A DNA stretch of 64,000 bases from Acidobacteriota bacterium (lineage in GTDB: Bacteria; Acidobacteriota; UBA6911; RPQK01; CBDAPI01): positions 2,700 to 66,699 of the forward strand of contig CBDCBX010000009.1 in NCBI GenBank assembly GCA_965214465.1. The letters run 5' to 3'. Numbering within the stretch: the first letter of the stretch is position 1; the number at the start of each line of letters is the position of its first letter. This document shows positions 1-8,934 of the stretch, piece after piece. The translations under genes were made by a program, and so were the position numbers. The notes under the pieces are model-generated. The model saw only the letters and a list, made by a program, of their open reading frames with translations. It ran no database searches and was not told where the DNA came from.

Positions 1-168
1 AAGCGCCAGCTGCTGCTGGACCGGCTCGCCCGGCTGGGCTTCTTTATCTCGGCCAAGCCCCACTTCCCCAGTCTGGACATTTCTCAGCTGCTAGAGCCTC
101 AGAACTGGGACGAGTTCAGTGCGACGTTGGAGTGGATAATGGTCGAAGCCTTCCCCGAGAAAAACTAG
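1..168 (+). CDS. 3' end of an upstream gene (partial; C-terminal 55 aa ...FSATLEWIMVEAFPEKN*), function unknown
   Basis: Open frame 1 runs from the window edge to TAG at 166-168. GC-rich codon usage is like the neighbouring genes. No recognisable domain. Confidence 0.3.
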   Translation, partial: KRQLLLDRLARLGFFISAKPHFPSLDISQLLEPQNWDEFSATLEWIMVEAFPEKN

Positions 169-604
169 CACTCAGACCGCCATCTGGAGACCGAAGCTCC
201 CCCGCCCGCTCGCCCGAGGGACAAGCTGGGTCGCGTCCCGGCTTCTCCGGATCAGGCCGGATGCCAGCCCTTGGGCGCCAGCGATACTCCGGGTTGTGAG
301 CTGCGCCCCAGCGTGATCTCAACGTAGGCCGAGAATACGTCCAGGAAGCGGTCATCGAAGGGATGGCCGATGAAGTCCATATTCCACAGGCCACTCGTCG
401 AAATCTCCCCTGTGAAGCTGTGTCTTCCCAGCCAGGTCTCGCCCGGAGGGTCGGCCCGCCGTCCGGCGCCGGACAGAAGCGCGATCGCGTTCTGCTCCAG
501 GAAGCCCCGGTCGCTGTCCGCCGCTGCCTCGTCGGGCACGTTCAGCCAGAGCTGTCCCCCCGAAAAATCCCGTCCACCTTGTGCAGCAATGACTTGCGCA
601 GATC

Positions 605-1747
605 TTGAGGTGGAGCTCAAGGCCTCGTATCCTGCGGGCCATGAGAGAGATTCGTTGCCTGTTCCAGCTCATCCTCACGACGATTTCTGATCTCAGGCAA
701 GCTGCCGGATTCGTCTGTACATTTCTAGCGGCACTTCTCTGTTCTCGGGCAACTTTGGCAGCAAGAGTGCTGGCAACAGAAAGCCAGTTGGCGGTGTGCA
801 AGTGTCGGATCGAGAAGAAGGATCAACCCCGACCCCGATTCACTCGGGCCTTCAGGCTGCTTTGGGTGTTGCTGTCCAGGGCCTGGGATCCGTGGCATCA
901 CGTGGCTCGTCTGATGAAGCCAGCCACAGTCAAGCGCTGGCACACAACAGCCTTCCGTTTCTACTGGCGCCGGAAGTCGCGAGGCCGCCCCGGCCGGCCT
1001 CCCGTGCCAAAGGAGATGCGCGATCTGATTCGCAAGCTGAGCCGAGAGAATCCCCTATGGAGTGCTGAACGAATCGGGGACACCCTGCGGCTTTTCGGCT
1101 GCGATCCCCCTTGCAGTGACACCATCCGCAAGTACATGTCTCGCCCCAAGGAGCCTGACAAGCCAACGAACTGGCTGCCCTTCCTGCGCAACCACCTGGA
1201 AGTCTCCTGGGCAATGGACTTCTTTACCGTGATCACGGTCGGCTTCTCATTTCTCTACGTCTTTGTCGTCTTTGAACATGGTCGAAGGAGGGTGATTCAT
1301 CTCGCAACGACGTACCATCCCTCCATGGAATGGGTCATTCAACAGCTTCGAGAAGCCACGCCCTTCGGTCGTCAGCCCAGATTCTTGTTCCGTGACAATG
1401 ACGGCGTCTACGGCCACGGAGTCCGGAAGTTCCTGGACAGCAGCAACATTGAAGAGGTGCGAACGGCCTACCGAAGCCCTTGGCAGAATCCTTATATAGA
1501 AAGGTTTTTCGGCACTCTCCGCCGGGAACTGCTCGATCACGTGATCGTGCTCAGTGAAAGGCACCTGAACCGGTTGCTCGCCGAATACATCGAGCAGTAC
1601 TACCATTGTGCCCGGCCACATCAGGGACTGGACGGTGACACTCCCATTGCAATCCAGAAACCGGCAGTGGCTGATGGTCAAGTCAAGCTGCTCTCGTTTC
1701 CGATCTGCGGTGGGCTTCACCACCGCTATGAACGGGTGGCAGCGTAG
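605..1747 (+). CDS. DDE transposase with an rve (integrase core) domain and an N-terminal HTH; IS481-like or ISNCY-like IS element
   Basis: 380-aa ORF. The C-terminal half has integrase-core signatures (..VIHLATTYHPSMEWVIQQ.., ..FRDNDGVYGH.., ..YRSPWQNPYIERFFGTLRREL..). The N-terminal region resembles an HTH DNA-binding region. The element ends were not located by eye. Confidence 0.75.
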   Translation: MRWSSRPRILRAMREIRCLFQLILTTISDLRQAAGFVCTFLAALLCSRATLAARVLATESQLAVCKCRIEKKDQPRPRFTRAFRLLWVLLSRAWDPWHHVARLMKPATVKRWHTTAFRFYWRRKSRGRPGRPPVPKEMRDLIRKLSRENPLWSAERIGDTLRLFGCDPPCSDTIRKYMSRPKEPDKPTNWLPFLRNHLEVSWAMDFFTVITVGFSFLYVFVVFEHGRRRVIHLATTYHPSMEWVIQQLREATPFGRQPRFLFRDNDGVYGHGVRKFLDSSNIEEVRTAYRSPWQNPYIERFFGTLRRELLDHVIVLSERHLNRLLAEYIEQYYHCARPHQGLDGDTPIAIQKPAVADGQVKLLSFPICGGLHHRYERVAA

Positions 1748-2199
1748 GACTCAGGTCACAACCGACTCATTCCCTCAACATCTGTCCGACACGGCAAGGT
1801 CTGTCTGGGCGGCTTCTTCAGCCGCAAAGCAAACGCCTGTCCACTAATTCTCATCGCGGTTCGTAGTGCTCGCCGAGGAAGATTATTCAGATTCGCAACC
1901 TGAGCCAGCGCCCACGAGCTCCCTCACCGGTTGGATGGAGTTTTTCGGGGGGACAGGGGCGGTCTGGAACCAAAATCTCTCTAAAACAACAGGAAACAGA
2001 GTCCAGGAAAAACCTAATCTCGGAGAGCCGAGGACCTTCTAAGCTTTTCAAATAGAGGGACTTACGCTAATCCAAAACGTGGTTCAACCCTTATAGTGAA
2101 ATCGGAAGGATAGTCGGGATGCGGGAGGCTGGTCTTTGACAGCCGCGGTACTGGATCTTAGATAATGGGCTGAGCCATCTTCCGTGAGGTAAGAAAGCG

Positions 2200-2883
2200 A
2201 TGTTTTTTGATCCCTTGTACATACTATTCAGCCTCCCGGCGCTGCTGCTGGCACTCTTTGCTCAAGCCCGCGTGAAGGCCAACTTCGCGAAGTTCTCCAA
2301 GGTGCGTACCATGCGGGGCGTCACGGGAGCTCAGGTGGCCCGCAGCCTTCTGGACTCGAACGGGCTGGGGCAGGTCAAAGTGGAACGGGCCAAAGGTTTT
2401 CTTTCCGATCACTATGACCCTCGTTCCAAGGTCCTGCGGCTGAGCCCGGCGGTGCACGACAGTCACAGCGTGGCGGCGGCCGGCATCGCCGCCCATGAGA
2501 TGGGACATGCCCTCCAGGATGCCCAGAACTATGCACCTCTGGGACTGCGTTCGGTGATGGTTCCATCGGTCCGTCTGGGAAGCTGGGCGGGACCGATTAT
2601 TTTCTTTATCGGATACCTGATTAATTTCACGGGATTAGCCTGGATTGGGCTAGCCCTGTTTGCTGCAACCGTTGTGTTCGCGCTGGTCACACTGCCGGTT
2701 GAGTTCGATGCCAGTCGAAGAGCCAAGCTGCTTCTGGTCAACCAGGGCGTTCTGGTCAGTCAGGAGATGACGGGAGTCAACAAGGTTCTGAATGCGGCAG
2801 CCTTGACCTATGTAGCCGGCGCCCTCCAGGCCATCAGCACGCTTCTCTACTACGCCTTCATTCTGATGGGCCGGCGCGACTAG
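2200..2883 (+). CDS. Putative neutral zinc metallopeptidase (PF04298-like membrane Zn-peptidase)
   Basis: 227 aa. HExxH motif (AHEMGHALQ) followed by hydrophobic TM segments, the typical architecture of YugP/Zn_peptidase_2 proteins. A lower-GC promoter region lies upstream (1950-2200). The gene sits between two IS elements. Confidence 0.7.
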   Translation: MFFDPLYILFSLPALLLALFAQARVKANFAKFSKVRTMRGVTGAQVARSLLDSNGLGQVKVERAKGFLSDHYDPRSKVLRLSPAVHDSHSVAAAGIAAHEMGHALQDAQNYAPLGLRSVMVPSVRLGSWAGPIIFFIGYLINFTGLAWIGLALFAATVVFALVTLPVEFDASRRAKLLLVNQGVLVSQEMTGVNKVLNAAALTYVAGALQAISTLLYYAFILMGRRD

Positions 2884-3031
2884 CGTCGAGCCGTTTCCCG
2901 TTCCTCGCTTCTCGTTGTCCCGGGCTGGCAAAGCAAAGGAGCCCCGTTGAGAGTGGGCCCTCTGTGCCAATAATGGTGAGACACTTCTTCCCCACTAAAT
3001 TAGAGTAGAGGGCGAGAAGCTGGATTACAGG

Positions 3032-3532
3032 ATGATAGAAAACAGAAGCGACAAGAAACTGAGGATTTTGGAGACCTCGGAGCGAAGCGGAGAGGTCTCC
3101 AAAATCGCTGCGGGACGGACGGAGCCCGACAAGGTTCTTTCGCGACCCGATCCGGAAGTTCCCAGCAAGGCCACGCGTCGCCGATTTTCAGCCCGCTATA
3201 AGCTCCGGATCCTGGAGCAGGCCGATGGATGTGAAGAGTCGGGCGGAGTGGGAGCCTTGCTGCGCCGAGAAGGGCTTTACTGGTCGAATCTGCAGACCTG
3301 GCGCCGCCAACGCGAGCAGGGAACGCTGCAGGCCTTGACCCCTCGCAAGCGGGGACGCAAGGCAAAGCCGGTCAATCCTCTGGATCGTCAACTGAGGCAA
3401 GTGGAGGCTGAGAATCGGAAGCTGAAACGCAAGCTCGAGAAGTTTGAAGCCATGCTGGATCTCCAAAAAAAAGTCTCGCAACTGTTGGGAATCTCTCTGG
3501 CGAGCAGCGAAGAGAACGGAGACGAGAGCTGA
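3032..3532 (+). CDS. IS3-family transposase OrfA (HTH + leucine zipper)
   Basis: 166 aa. N-terminal HTH, C-terminal heptad-rich coiled coil (QVEAENRKLKRKLEKFEAMLDLQKKVSQL) typical of IS3 OrfA. The stop overlaps the OrfB ATG (TGATGG). Confidence 0.8.
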   Translation: MIENRSDKKLRILETSERSGEVSKIAAGRTEPDKVLSRPDPEVPSKATRRRFSARYKLRILEQADGCEESGGVGALLRREGLYWSNLQTWRRQREQGTLQALTPRKRGRKAKPVNPLDRQLRQVEAENRKLKRKLEKFEAMLDLQKKVSQLLGISLASSEENGDES

Positions 3533-4530
3533 TGGACGAAGCTTTGCGATTCTCACAATCCCACGGAGTCCGTGCCGGTTGTCAGGCCCTGGATCTGCCG
3601 CCATCGAGTCTGTATCGGGAGAAACTTCGGCGCGAACGGCCGGCGCTGGATCCTCGGCCTCGGGCCGCATCCCCACGCGCCTTGAGCCCGCCCGAAAGGG
3701 AAGCCGTTGTGGAGGTCCTGCACAGCCGACAGTTTATCGATAAAGCTCCTGCCGCCGTATGGGCGGAGCTGCTGGACGAAGGGCGATACTTGTGCTCGAT
3801 TCGAACCATGTACCGCATTCTGGCCGAACGTCTGGAAGTTAGAGAACGCCGCCGCCAGCGCCGCCATCCCCAATACTCCAAGCCGGAACTTCTGGCCACC
3901 GGCCCGAACCAATGCTGGTCCTGGGACATCACCAAGCTGAAGGGTCCCGTCAAATGGAGCTATTTCTACCTCTACGTGATCCTGGACATTTTCAGCCGCT
4001 ATGTGGTGGGCTGGATGGTGGCCACCCAGGAAAGCTCACGCCTGGCCAAGGTCTTGATCGCCCAGAGCTACTCCAAGCAGGAGATCGTAGCGGGTGGTCT
4101 CACCCTGCATGCCGATCGTGGCTCGTCGATGAGTTCCAAAGCACTGGCCTTGCTACTGGCCGATCTGGGAGTCACCAAGTCTCACTCTCGGCCTCATGTC
4201 TGTGACGACAATCCCTACTCGGAATCCCAATTCAAGACCCTCAAGTACCGTCCCGAATTCCCGGCTCGTTTCGGCACCATTCAGCAAGCCAGAGACTTCT
4301 GTCGGGATTTCTTCGATTGGTATAACCGCGACCATCGCCATTCGGGTATCGGCCTGCACACTCCCGAGGATGTGCACTACCTCACCGCCATCACCACCCG
4401 TCGCGATCGATCCCAAACATTGGAGGCCGCCCATGCACTCTTCCCGGAGAGATTTCCCAACGGCAAACCCGTTCCTCCTCCTCTTCCCGAGGCGGTCTGG
4501 ATCAACCCTCCCGAAAAGGAGAACTCTTGA
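3532..4530 (+). CDS. IS3-family transposase OrfB (rve DDE integrase core)
   Basis: 332 aa with DDE-integrase signatures (..WSWDITKL.., ..LHADRGSSMSS.., ..DNPYSESQFKTLKYR..). Confidence 0.85.
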   Translation: MDEALRFSQSHGVRAGCQALDLPPSSLYREKLRRERPALDPRPRAASPRALSPPEREAVVEVLHSRQFIDKAPAAVWAELLDEGRYLCSIRTMYRILAERLEVRERRRQRRHPQYSKPELLATGPNQCWSWDITKLKGPVKWSYFYLYVILDIFSRYVVGWMVATQESSRLAKVLIAQSYSKQEIVAGGLTLHADRGSSMSSKALALLLADLGVTKSHSRPHVCDDNPYSESQFKTLKYRPEFPARFGTIQQARDFCRDFFDWYNRDHRHSGIGLHTPEDVHYLTAITTRRDRSQTLEAAHALFPERFPNGKPVPPPLPEAVWINPPEKENS

Positions 4531-4596
4531 GATGACGCTACAGTAATTTATTCACCAAAGTGTCTCAAAGTTATTGACACGTTCCGGGGAGAGAAA

Positions 4597-4682
4597 CGTC
4601 AAGAGAGTGGGAGGAGCCTTGGGGGGGCGGCGAGACGTTTAAATTCCCGAGCGCCGCCCCCCCAAGGCTCCTCCCACTCTCG
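4597..4682. repeat. Family-A palindromic intergenic repeat, copy A1 (perfect ~85-nt hairpin)
   Basis: CGTCAAGAGAGTGGGAGGAGCCTTGGGGGGGCGGCGAGACGTTTAAATTCCCGAGCGCCGCCCCCCCAAGGCTCCTCCCACTCTCG. The two arms are perfect reverse complements. Related copies are at 49340-49420, 54741-54834, and split around intron copy 2. Confidence 0.8.
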
Positions 4683-4717
4683 CAGTCCACCAGCCCATTC
4701 CCGACCGCGGCCCCGAA

Positions 4718-6648
4718 GTTCCGGTAGGGATGCCAGTTGCCTGGCACCCCCCGGACAGATCCGTACGTGAAGACATAACTTCATACGGCTCCTACCTCGG
4801 GTCGAACGCCAAAACGCACGAAGGGTGGAGGATGTAGGATACGGACACTGGGGATCCACCGCTTGACATACCGGTTGAACCGCGGCCACGGTATGTTCGC
4901 TTTCTGGCTCCGACGCCGCAAGGCGTGGCACCAGCCGCGACACACCGCGCTGCGGAAGGCGTTCAGGGCGTCACTGTTGCCCGGGACCGCATGGTAGTTG
5001 AAATAACCCTGGACGACGGACCGGTGCCACTTCCCCTGTTCGGGGAGCGAATCGTGCCGTCGGCGCAGCTGTTGTGCGCGGATCTGCTTCAACTTGCGTC
5101 TCAGACGTTTCCCTTCGGTCTTCCGCCGGATCGTAAACCCGCCTTTTCGACCTTGCGCACAGATATGGCGAAAGCCCAGGAAGGTAAAGGTATCCGGTCT
5201 GGTCTGCCCCCGGCGGCGACGATTCTTGCTCGCCCAACGACCGAACTCAATCAACCGCGTCTTTTCCGGGTGCAGTTGCAGGCCGAACTGCGACAGCCGT
5301 ACCGCCAGCTCCCGGCGGTACTGTTCGGCCTCCTCGCGATGCTGGAATCCCAGCACGAAGTCGTCGGCGTAGCGGACGATGATGACCGCCCCTTTCGCCT
5401 TACGTCCTCGCCACTGGTGGGTCCGCAGATCCAGTACATAGTGCAGGTAGATGTTTGCCAGCAGGGGCGAAATTACCGCCCCCTGTGGCGTTCCCACCGT
5501 GCTCCTGGACCATTGACCCGCTTCGGAGACTCCCGCTCTGAGCCACTTGCGGATCAGTCGCAGAACCCTCCGGTCCCCGATCCGGTGCTGGAGAAACTTC
5601 AGCATCCATTCGTGGTCGATGGCGTCGAAAAACCCACTAATGTCAGCGTCCAGCACCCAATTCACCGGCCGATTGGTAATCCCCATCCACAGCGCATCCA
5701 ATGCTCGATGCTGACTGCGTCCGGGGCGGAACCCGTAACTGAAGCCCATAAACTCCTCCTCGTAGATCTGCTCCAGTACCGTAACTACGGCCTGTTGCGC
5801 GATCTTGTCCTCCAGGGCCGATATGCCCAGTGGACGCAGCCTGCCATCCTCCTTTCGGAGGTAGACCCGCCTCGAGGGGTGGGCTCGATAGGTCCCGTCA
5901 TGGATTCGGGTATGCAGAACGAGCAGTCGCTCCCGCAACCCTTCTCCATATGCTTGCCACGTCATTCCGTCCACCCCTGCAGCAGCCTTCCGCTTCAAGG
6001 CGAAATAGCTCTGCTTCAGCAGTTCCGGTGTCACGTGGTGCAGCAACGCGGTGAACCGCATCTTCCTATCCCGGCGTGCGGCCTGCCCTACACCAGCCAG
6101 TCGATCGTCACACCTTTCCGGCTCCGTGTCCGGGGCGTGGCCGCCTTCACTGGTGCTTCCCTTGGCCGGACTCCTTCCCTCCACAAACTCCGCCGACTCT
6201 TCGTCTTTGTTCGCTCGCTTCATCAGTACTATGAGTCCGTCCGACTCCCCAGGGCCGTATATGTCCGGCATTACGGCTTACCTTCGCCGGCCTGTCCGCC
6301 TGCCATCCAGACGGACTACCCTGGGGTCTCTCGGTTCTCGTCCATGGAGCGTCCACGGAGCGTCCACGCTTGCACGGGGTCTCTGACTCCGCCAGGCCCT
6401 GCTGCGACTCGCCTTTTACGCCGCAGCCGGTTTCGCCACCCCCTTGGGGCCATAAAAGCAGCACCTGGAATTCGTTTCTTTCGAAGCTCAATAGCCCGGC
6501 TCACGCTTCCCCTGTCAACGCTTCACCAGCCTCTTGCGAGGTATCGATGCATGACTCGGGGTCGGGGTGGTTGGCTACACCTTTCCCCGTACGGCTCTTT
6601 CATCCGCTACTCCATGTCGGTTTATCCCGACGCTTTCGGCCCCTACCA
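4718..6648 (-). mobile_element. Group II intron, copy 1 (RT/maturase ORF in domain IV; domain V recognisable)
   Basis: Boundaries come from the limits of near-identity with the second copy (29869-31797). Domain V on the minus strand, GAGCCGTATGAAGTTATGTCTTCACGTACGGATC (about 4747-4780), matches the group II DV consensus. The RT ORF carries a YADD motif. The 3' end is ~4718 and the 5' end ~6644-6650, i.e. 7-13 nt after the stop codon of the upstream minus-strand M28 peptidase gene. Confidence 0.85.
4781..6271 (-). CDS. Group II intron-encoded reverse transcriptase/maturase
   Basis: 496 aa. RT domains 0-7 including the YADD box (IIVRYADDFVLGF) and a maturase/X region. No obvious HNH endonuclease domain. 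A near-identical copy is at 29933-31423 (2 aa differences). Confidence 0.9.
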   Translation of the reverse strand: MPDIYGPGESDGLIVLMKRANKDEESAEFVEGRSPAKGSTSEGGHAPDTEPERCDDRLAGVGQAARRDRKMRFTALLHHVTPELLKQSYFALKRKAAAGVDGMTWQAYGEGLRERLLVLHTRIHDGTYRAHPSRRVYLRKEDGRLRPLGISALEDKIAQQAVVTVLEQIYEEEFMGFSYGFRPGRSQHRALDALWMGITNRPVNWVLDADISGFFDAIDHEWMLKFLQHRIGDRRVLRLIRKWLRAGVSEAGQWSRSTVGTPQGAVISPLLANIYLHYVLDLRTHQWRGRKAKGAVIIVRYADDFVLGFQHREEAEQYRRELAVRLSQFGLQLHPEKTRLIEFGRWASKNRRRRGQTRPDTFTFLGFRHICAQGRKGGFTIRRKTEGKRLRRKLKQIRAQQLRRRHDSLPEQGKWHRSVVQGYFNYHAVPGNSDALNAFRSAVCRGWCHALRRRSQKANIPWPRFNRYVKRWIPSVRILHPPPFVRFGVRPEVGAV

Positions 6649-6656
6649 CTTTCGAC

Positions 6657-8378
6657 TTAGAACCCGTACAGTTCCTTCCAGGCAGCTTCGAATTCGTTCC
6701 CTTCCACCCAGCGCGGCCTCTCATCGCGGCTGGCCGTTCTGAGGGCGGCTCGGAAGAGAATGCGCATGTCTCGCTCGGCACCCGAGAGGTCCCAGTACTC
6801 GTTCACTTCGTCACTGACCTGGTGGTAATGCCGCGTGTGGTATTCCACCGGATCAAATGAAAGGGGTTCAACATAGCTGGTTCCGGGCTTGATGAAGAGC
6901 GCCGGGATCCCCTTCTTGGCGAAGTTCACCTGATCGGATCGGTAGAAGCTGCCGGCGGCAGGATTCGTGTCCCCGACCACATGCAGAGAGTAGGGGAGGT
7001 CCCGACCCGCCGTTGCGACCGCCTGGCGTAAGTCATCTCCCAGAGTGTTTGAGTCGTGGCCGATGGCGGGAACATCCGTCGTCAACCCGAAGATCTGGGT
7101 CATGTCGATGTTGTAGTTAGCCACGATGCGGCGCAGTTCGATGGGAGGTCTGGCCACGAACCAGCGACTTCCGAGCAGGCCGCGCTCTTCGGCGGCACAG
7201 GCCAGGAAGGCCACCGAACGGCGGGGCCGCTCCGGCAGGGAGGCAAAGGCCCGGGCCAGATTCAACAGGCAGGCCGTTCCGGAAGTGTTGTCCCAGGCGC
7301 CATTGAAGACCCGATCCTCTCCCTCGGACCCGGATTTCACACTCAGGTGATCATAGTGGGCCGAAAAGACAATCACCTGATTCTTGAGGACCGCGTCGCT
7401 TCCTTCCAGCATCCCCACAACATTCTTACTCTCCAATCGTCGGACGGTGGTCTCGACTCGAGCGGTGACCCGGTAGCCCGTGTCGATCGGTGCAAAGCTA
7501 CGCTGAGCGGCCATGGAGAAGAGGTCCTCGAGAGTCTTTCCCATGGAGCGGGCAATCACTTCGCTTTGTTCCCTGTCGACCCACCCCAGTAGATCAACCT
7601 GGTATCCCGTAGCGGGCAAGTCCAGGGCAAAACTCTCAGTGATACCACTGTCCTGAACCACGGAGAAGGGATAGCTGGCAGACTCGGTGGTGTGGCTCAT
7701 GAAGGCACCGGCCGCACCGTGTTTCATGGCCTGCTCGAACTTGTAGTTCCAGCGTCCATAGTACGTGCGAGCCTCACCGCCGAAGAGCTCCACGCCATTC
7801 TCCGCGACCGGAGGGTCGTCGTTGAGAAAAAGCAGGACTTTCCCCCGCACTTCGACTCCCTTGAAGTCATCCCAGTCGTATTCGGGGGCCTCCACTCCGT
7901 AGCCGACAAACAGCAGGGGAGCCTCCGTGATCTCGACTGAGCTCTGTTGGGCAGTGGACCAGGAAGTCAGAGATTCACCGGGCGTGAAGACCAGAGATCC
8001 TGCTATGTTCGTGATCTCGAGTCGCGAAGAATCGACTACTTTCTTCATTCCAACCAGGCGGACAGGCTGAAAGTAGTCCTCTGCATGGACTCGAGCCGTC
8101 TCTGCCACCGCAGCCTTCACTGGAAGCAGCCCGGCCCGCGCAAACTGTTCGGCGATAAAGGCGGCTGCTTTGCCTTCACCCGTCGTGCCGGTGGCACGAC
8201 CCTCCATCTGGTCTGAAGAAAGCACTTCCACGTCCGCGAGCAGCGAGCGGGCTGTGATCTGGTTTTCGGCCAGGCGGAAGGGTTCAGGCGGATCGGGCCG
8301 ACAGCCGGTCAACAGGGTCAGAGCCGTCAACCCGGCCAGCAGTCTGCAGAGATGATGCATGATCCGGTGGGGCTTCAC
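6657..8378 (-). CDS. Secreted M28-family Zn aminopeptidase with a PA-like insert (lipoprotein signal)
   Basis: 573 aa. Signal plus lipobox (LTALTLLTGC). M28 metal-binding signatures (..FSAHYDHLS.., ..NGAWDNTSGTACLLNLARAF.., ..ACAAEERGLLGSRWF..). Confidence 0.8.
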   Translation of the reverse strand: MKPHRIMHHLCRLLAGLTALTLLTGCRPDPPEPFRLAENQITARSLLADVEVLSSDQMEGRATGTTGEGKAAAFIAEQFARAGLLPVKAAVAETARVHAEDYFQPVRLVGMKKVVDSSRLEITNIAGSLVFTPGESLTSWSTAQQSSVEITEAPLLFVGYGVEAPEYDWDDFKGVEVRGKVLLFLNDDPPVAENGVELFGGEARTYYGRWNYKFEQAMKHGAAGAFMSHTTESASYPFSVVQDSGITESFALDLPATGYQVDLLGWVDREQSEVIARSMGKTLEDLFSMAAQRSFAPIDTGYRVTARVETTVRRLESKNVVGMLEGSDAVLKNQVIVFSAHYDHLSVKSGSEGEDRVFNGAWDNTSGTACLLNLARAFASLPERPRRSVAFLACAAEERGLLGSRWFVARPPIELRRIVANYNIDMTQIFGLTTDVPAIGHDSNTLGDDLRQAVATAGRDLPYSLHVVGDTNPAAGSFYRSDQVNFAKKGIPALFIKPGTSYVEPLSFDPVEYHTRHYHQVSDEVNEYWDLSGAERDMRILFRAALRTASRDERPRWVEGNEFEAAWKELYGF

Positions 8379-8671
8379 CGCCCCGACTCCGCGCCCGCGC
8401 TCCCGAAAGCGGGAGCGAACACAACCAGGATCTCCTCGATGTCTGCTGCTTTCCAGCGAATCTCCTCATCCTGCTGGTTCACTGCTGTCTCTCCTCGCCC
8501 AAAAGCAAGCCCCAGGAGGGCCACTGCCATGGACAGGCACCAGGTCCGGTACCGCCTCACCATCATCTTGTTCATACGAACTCCCTCGCTGAAAGTGCTG
8601 CCCATTGTGCGTGAGCAGAAGGCTTTTTGCCAGCCACGACTCACTTGTGTGAACACTGTCCATTCCACTGG

Positions 8672-8838
8672 CTAGTGCACTGTCCGGAAAGTTCACGCCG
8701 CTACTTCGGGCGTCTTTTCGCCGACAGCTTTGTTGCGCTTCCTCGAAAGACTCCCGGCCTTCCTGCGCCGCGCGCCTCACTGACGACGAAAATCCATCCC
8801 GAATTAACACCGCGAACTTCCCGGGCAGTACACTAGGA
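8672..8838. mobile_element. MITE-like element, copy 1 (~167 bp, ~24-bp terminal inverted repeats)
   Basis: Ends are TAGTGCACTGTCCGGAAAGTTCAC... and ...GCGAACTTCCCGGGCAGTACACTAGG (terminal inverted repeats). An inverted, ~95% identical copy lies at 17797-17963. There is no coding capacity (the ORFs spanning it are repeat-induced). Confidence 0.65.
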
Positions 8839-8934
8839 TTGAGGGCAGGTTCCCGCCTGTGAGAGAATATCCGTATCTGTTGCCTCGCTGGCACAGAGAA
8901 GTTTCTAGCAATAAGAAAAAGGGAGGAATGTCTG

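Larger units (their letters stand above)
2977..4567 (+). mobile_element. IS3-family insertion sequence (orfA + orfB) with imperfect ~30-bp terminal inverted repeats
   Basis: IRL at 2977 reads TGAGACACTTCTTCCCCACTAAATTAGAGTAG. IRR (reverse complement, ending 4567) reads TGAGACACTTTGGTGAATAAATTACTGTAG. The first 10 nt are identical and there are further AAATTA/TAG matches; this is a TG...CA type terminus. It encloses a two-ORF transposase whose reading frames overlap at ATGA (3529-3535). Confidence 0.7.

Noticed and set aside
252-620. 122-aa minus-strand ORF
   Set aside because: It overlaps the transposase start, has no recognisable domain and a Pro/Arg-rich, high-GC composition typical of spurious frames. 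It could be a remnant of a gene disrupted by the IS, but nothing supports calling it.
4925-6742. 605-aa ORF on the plus strand (and its 598-aa twin at 30077-31873)
   Set aside because: It runs antisense through the group II intron RT gene and ribozyme domains. Its length is an artefact of high GC content, and the two copies are identical only because the intron is duplicated. No domain signatures or RBS.
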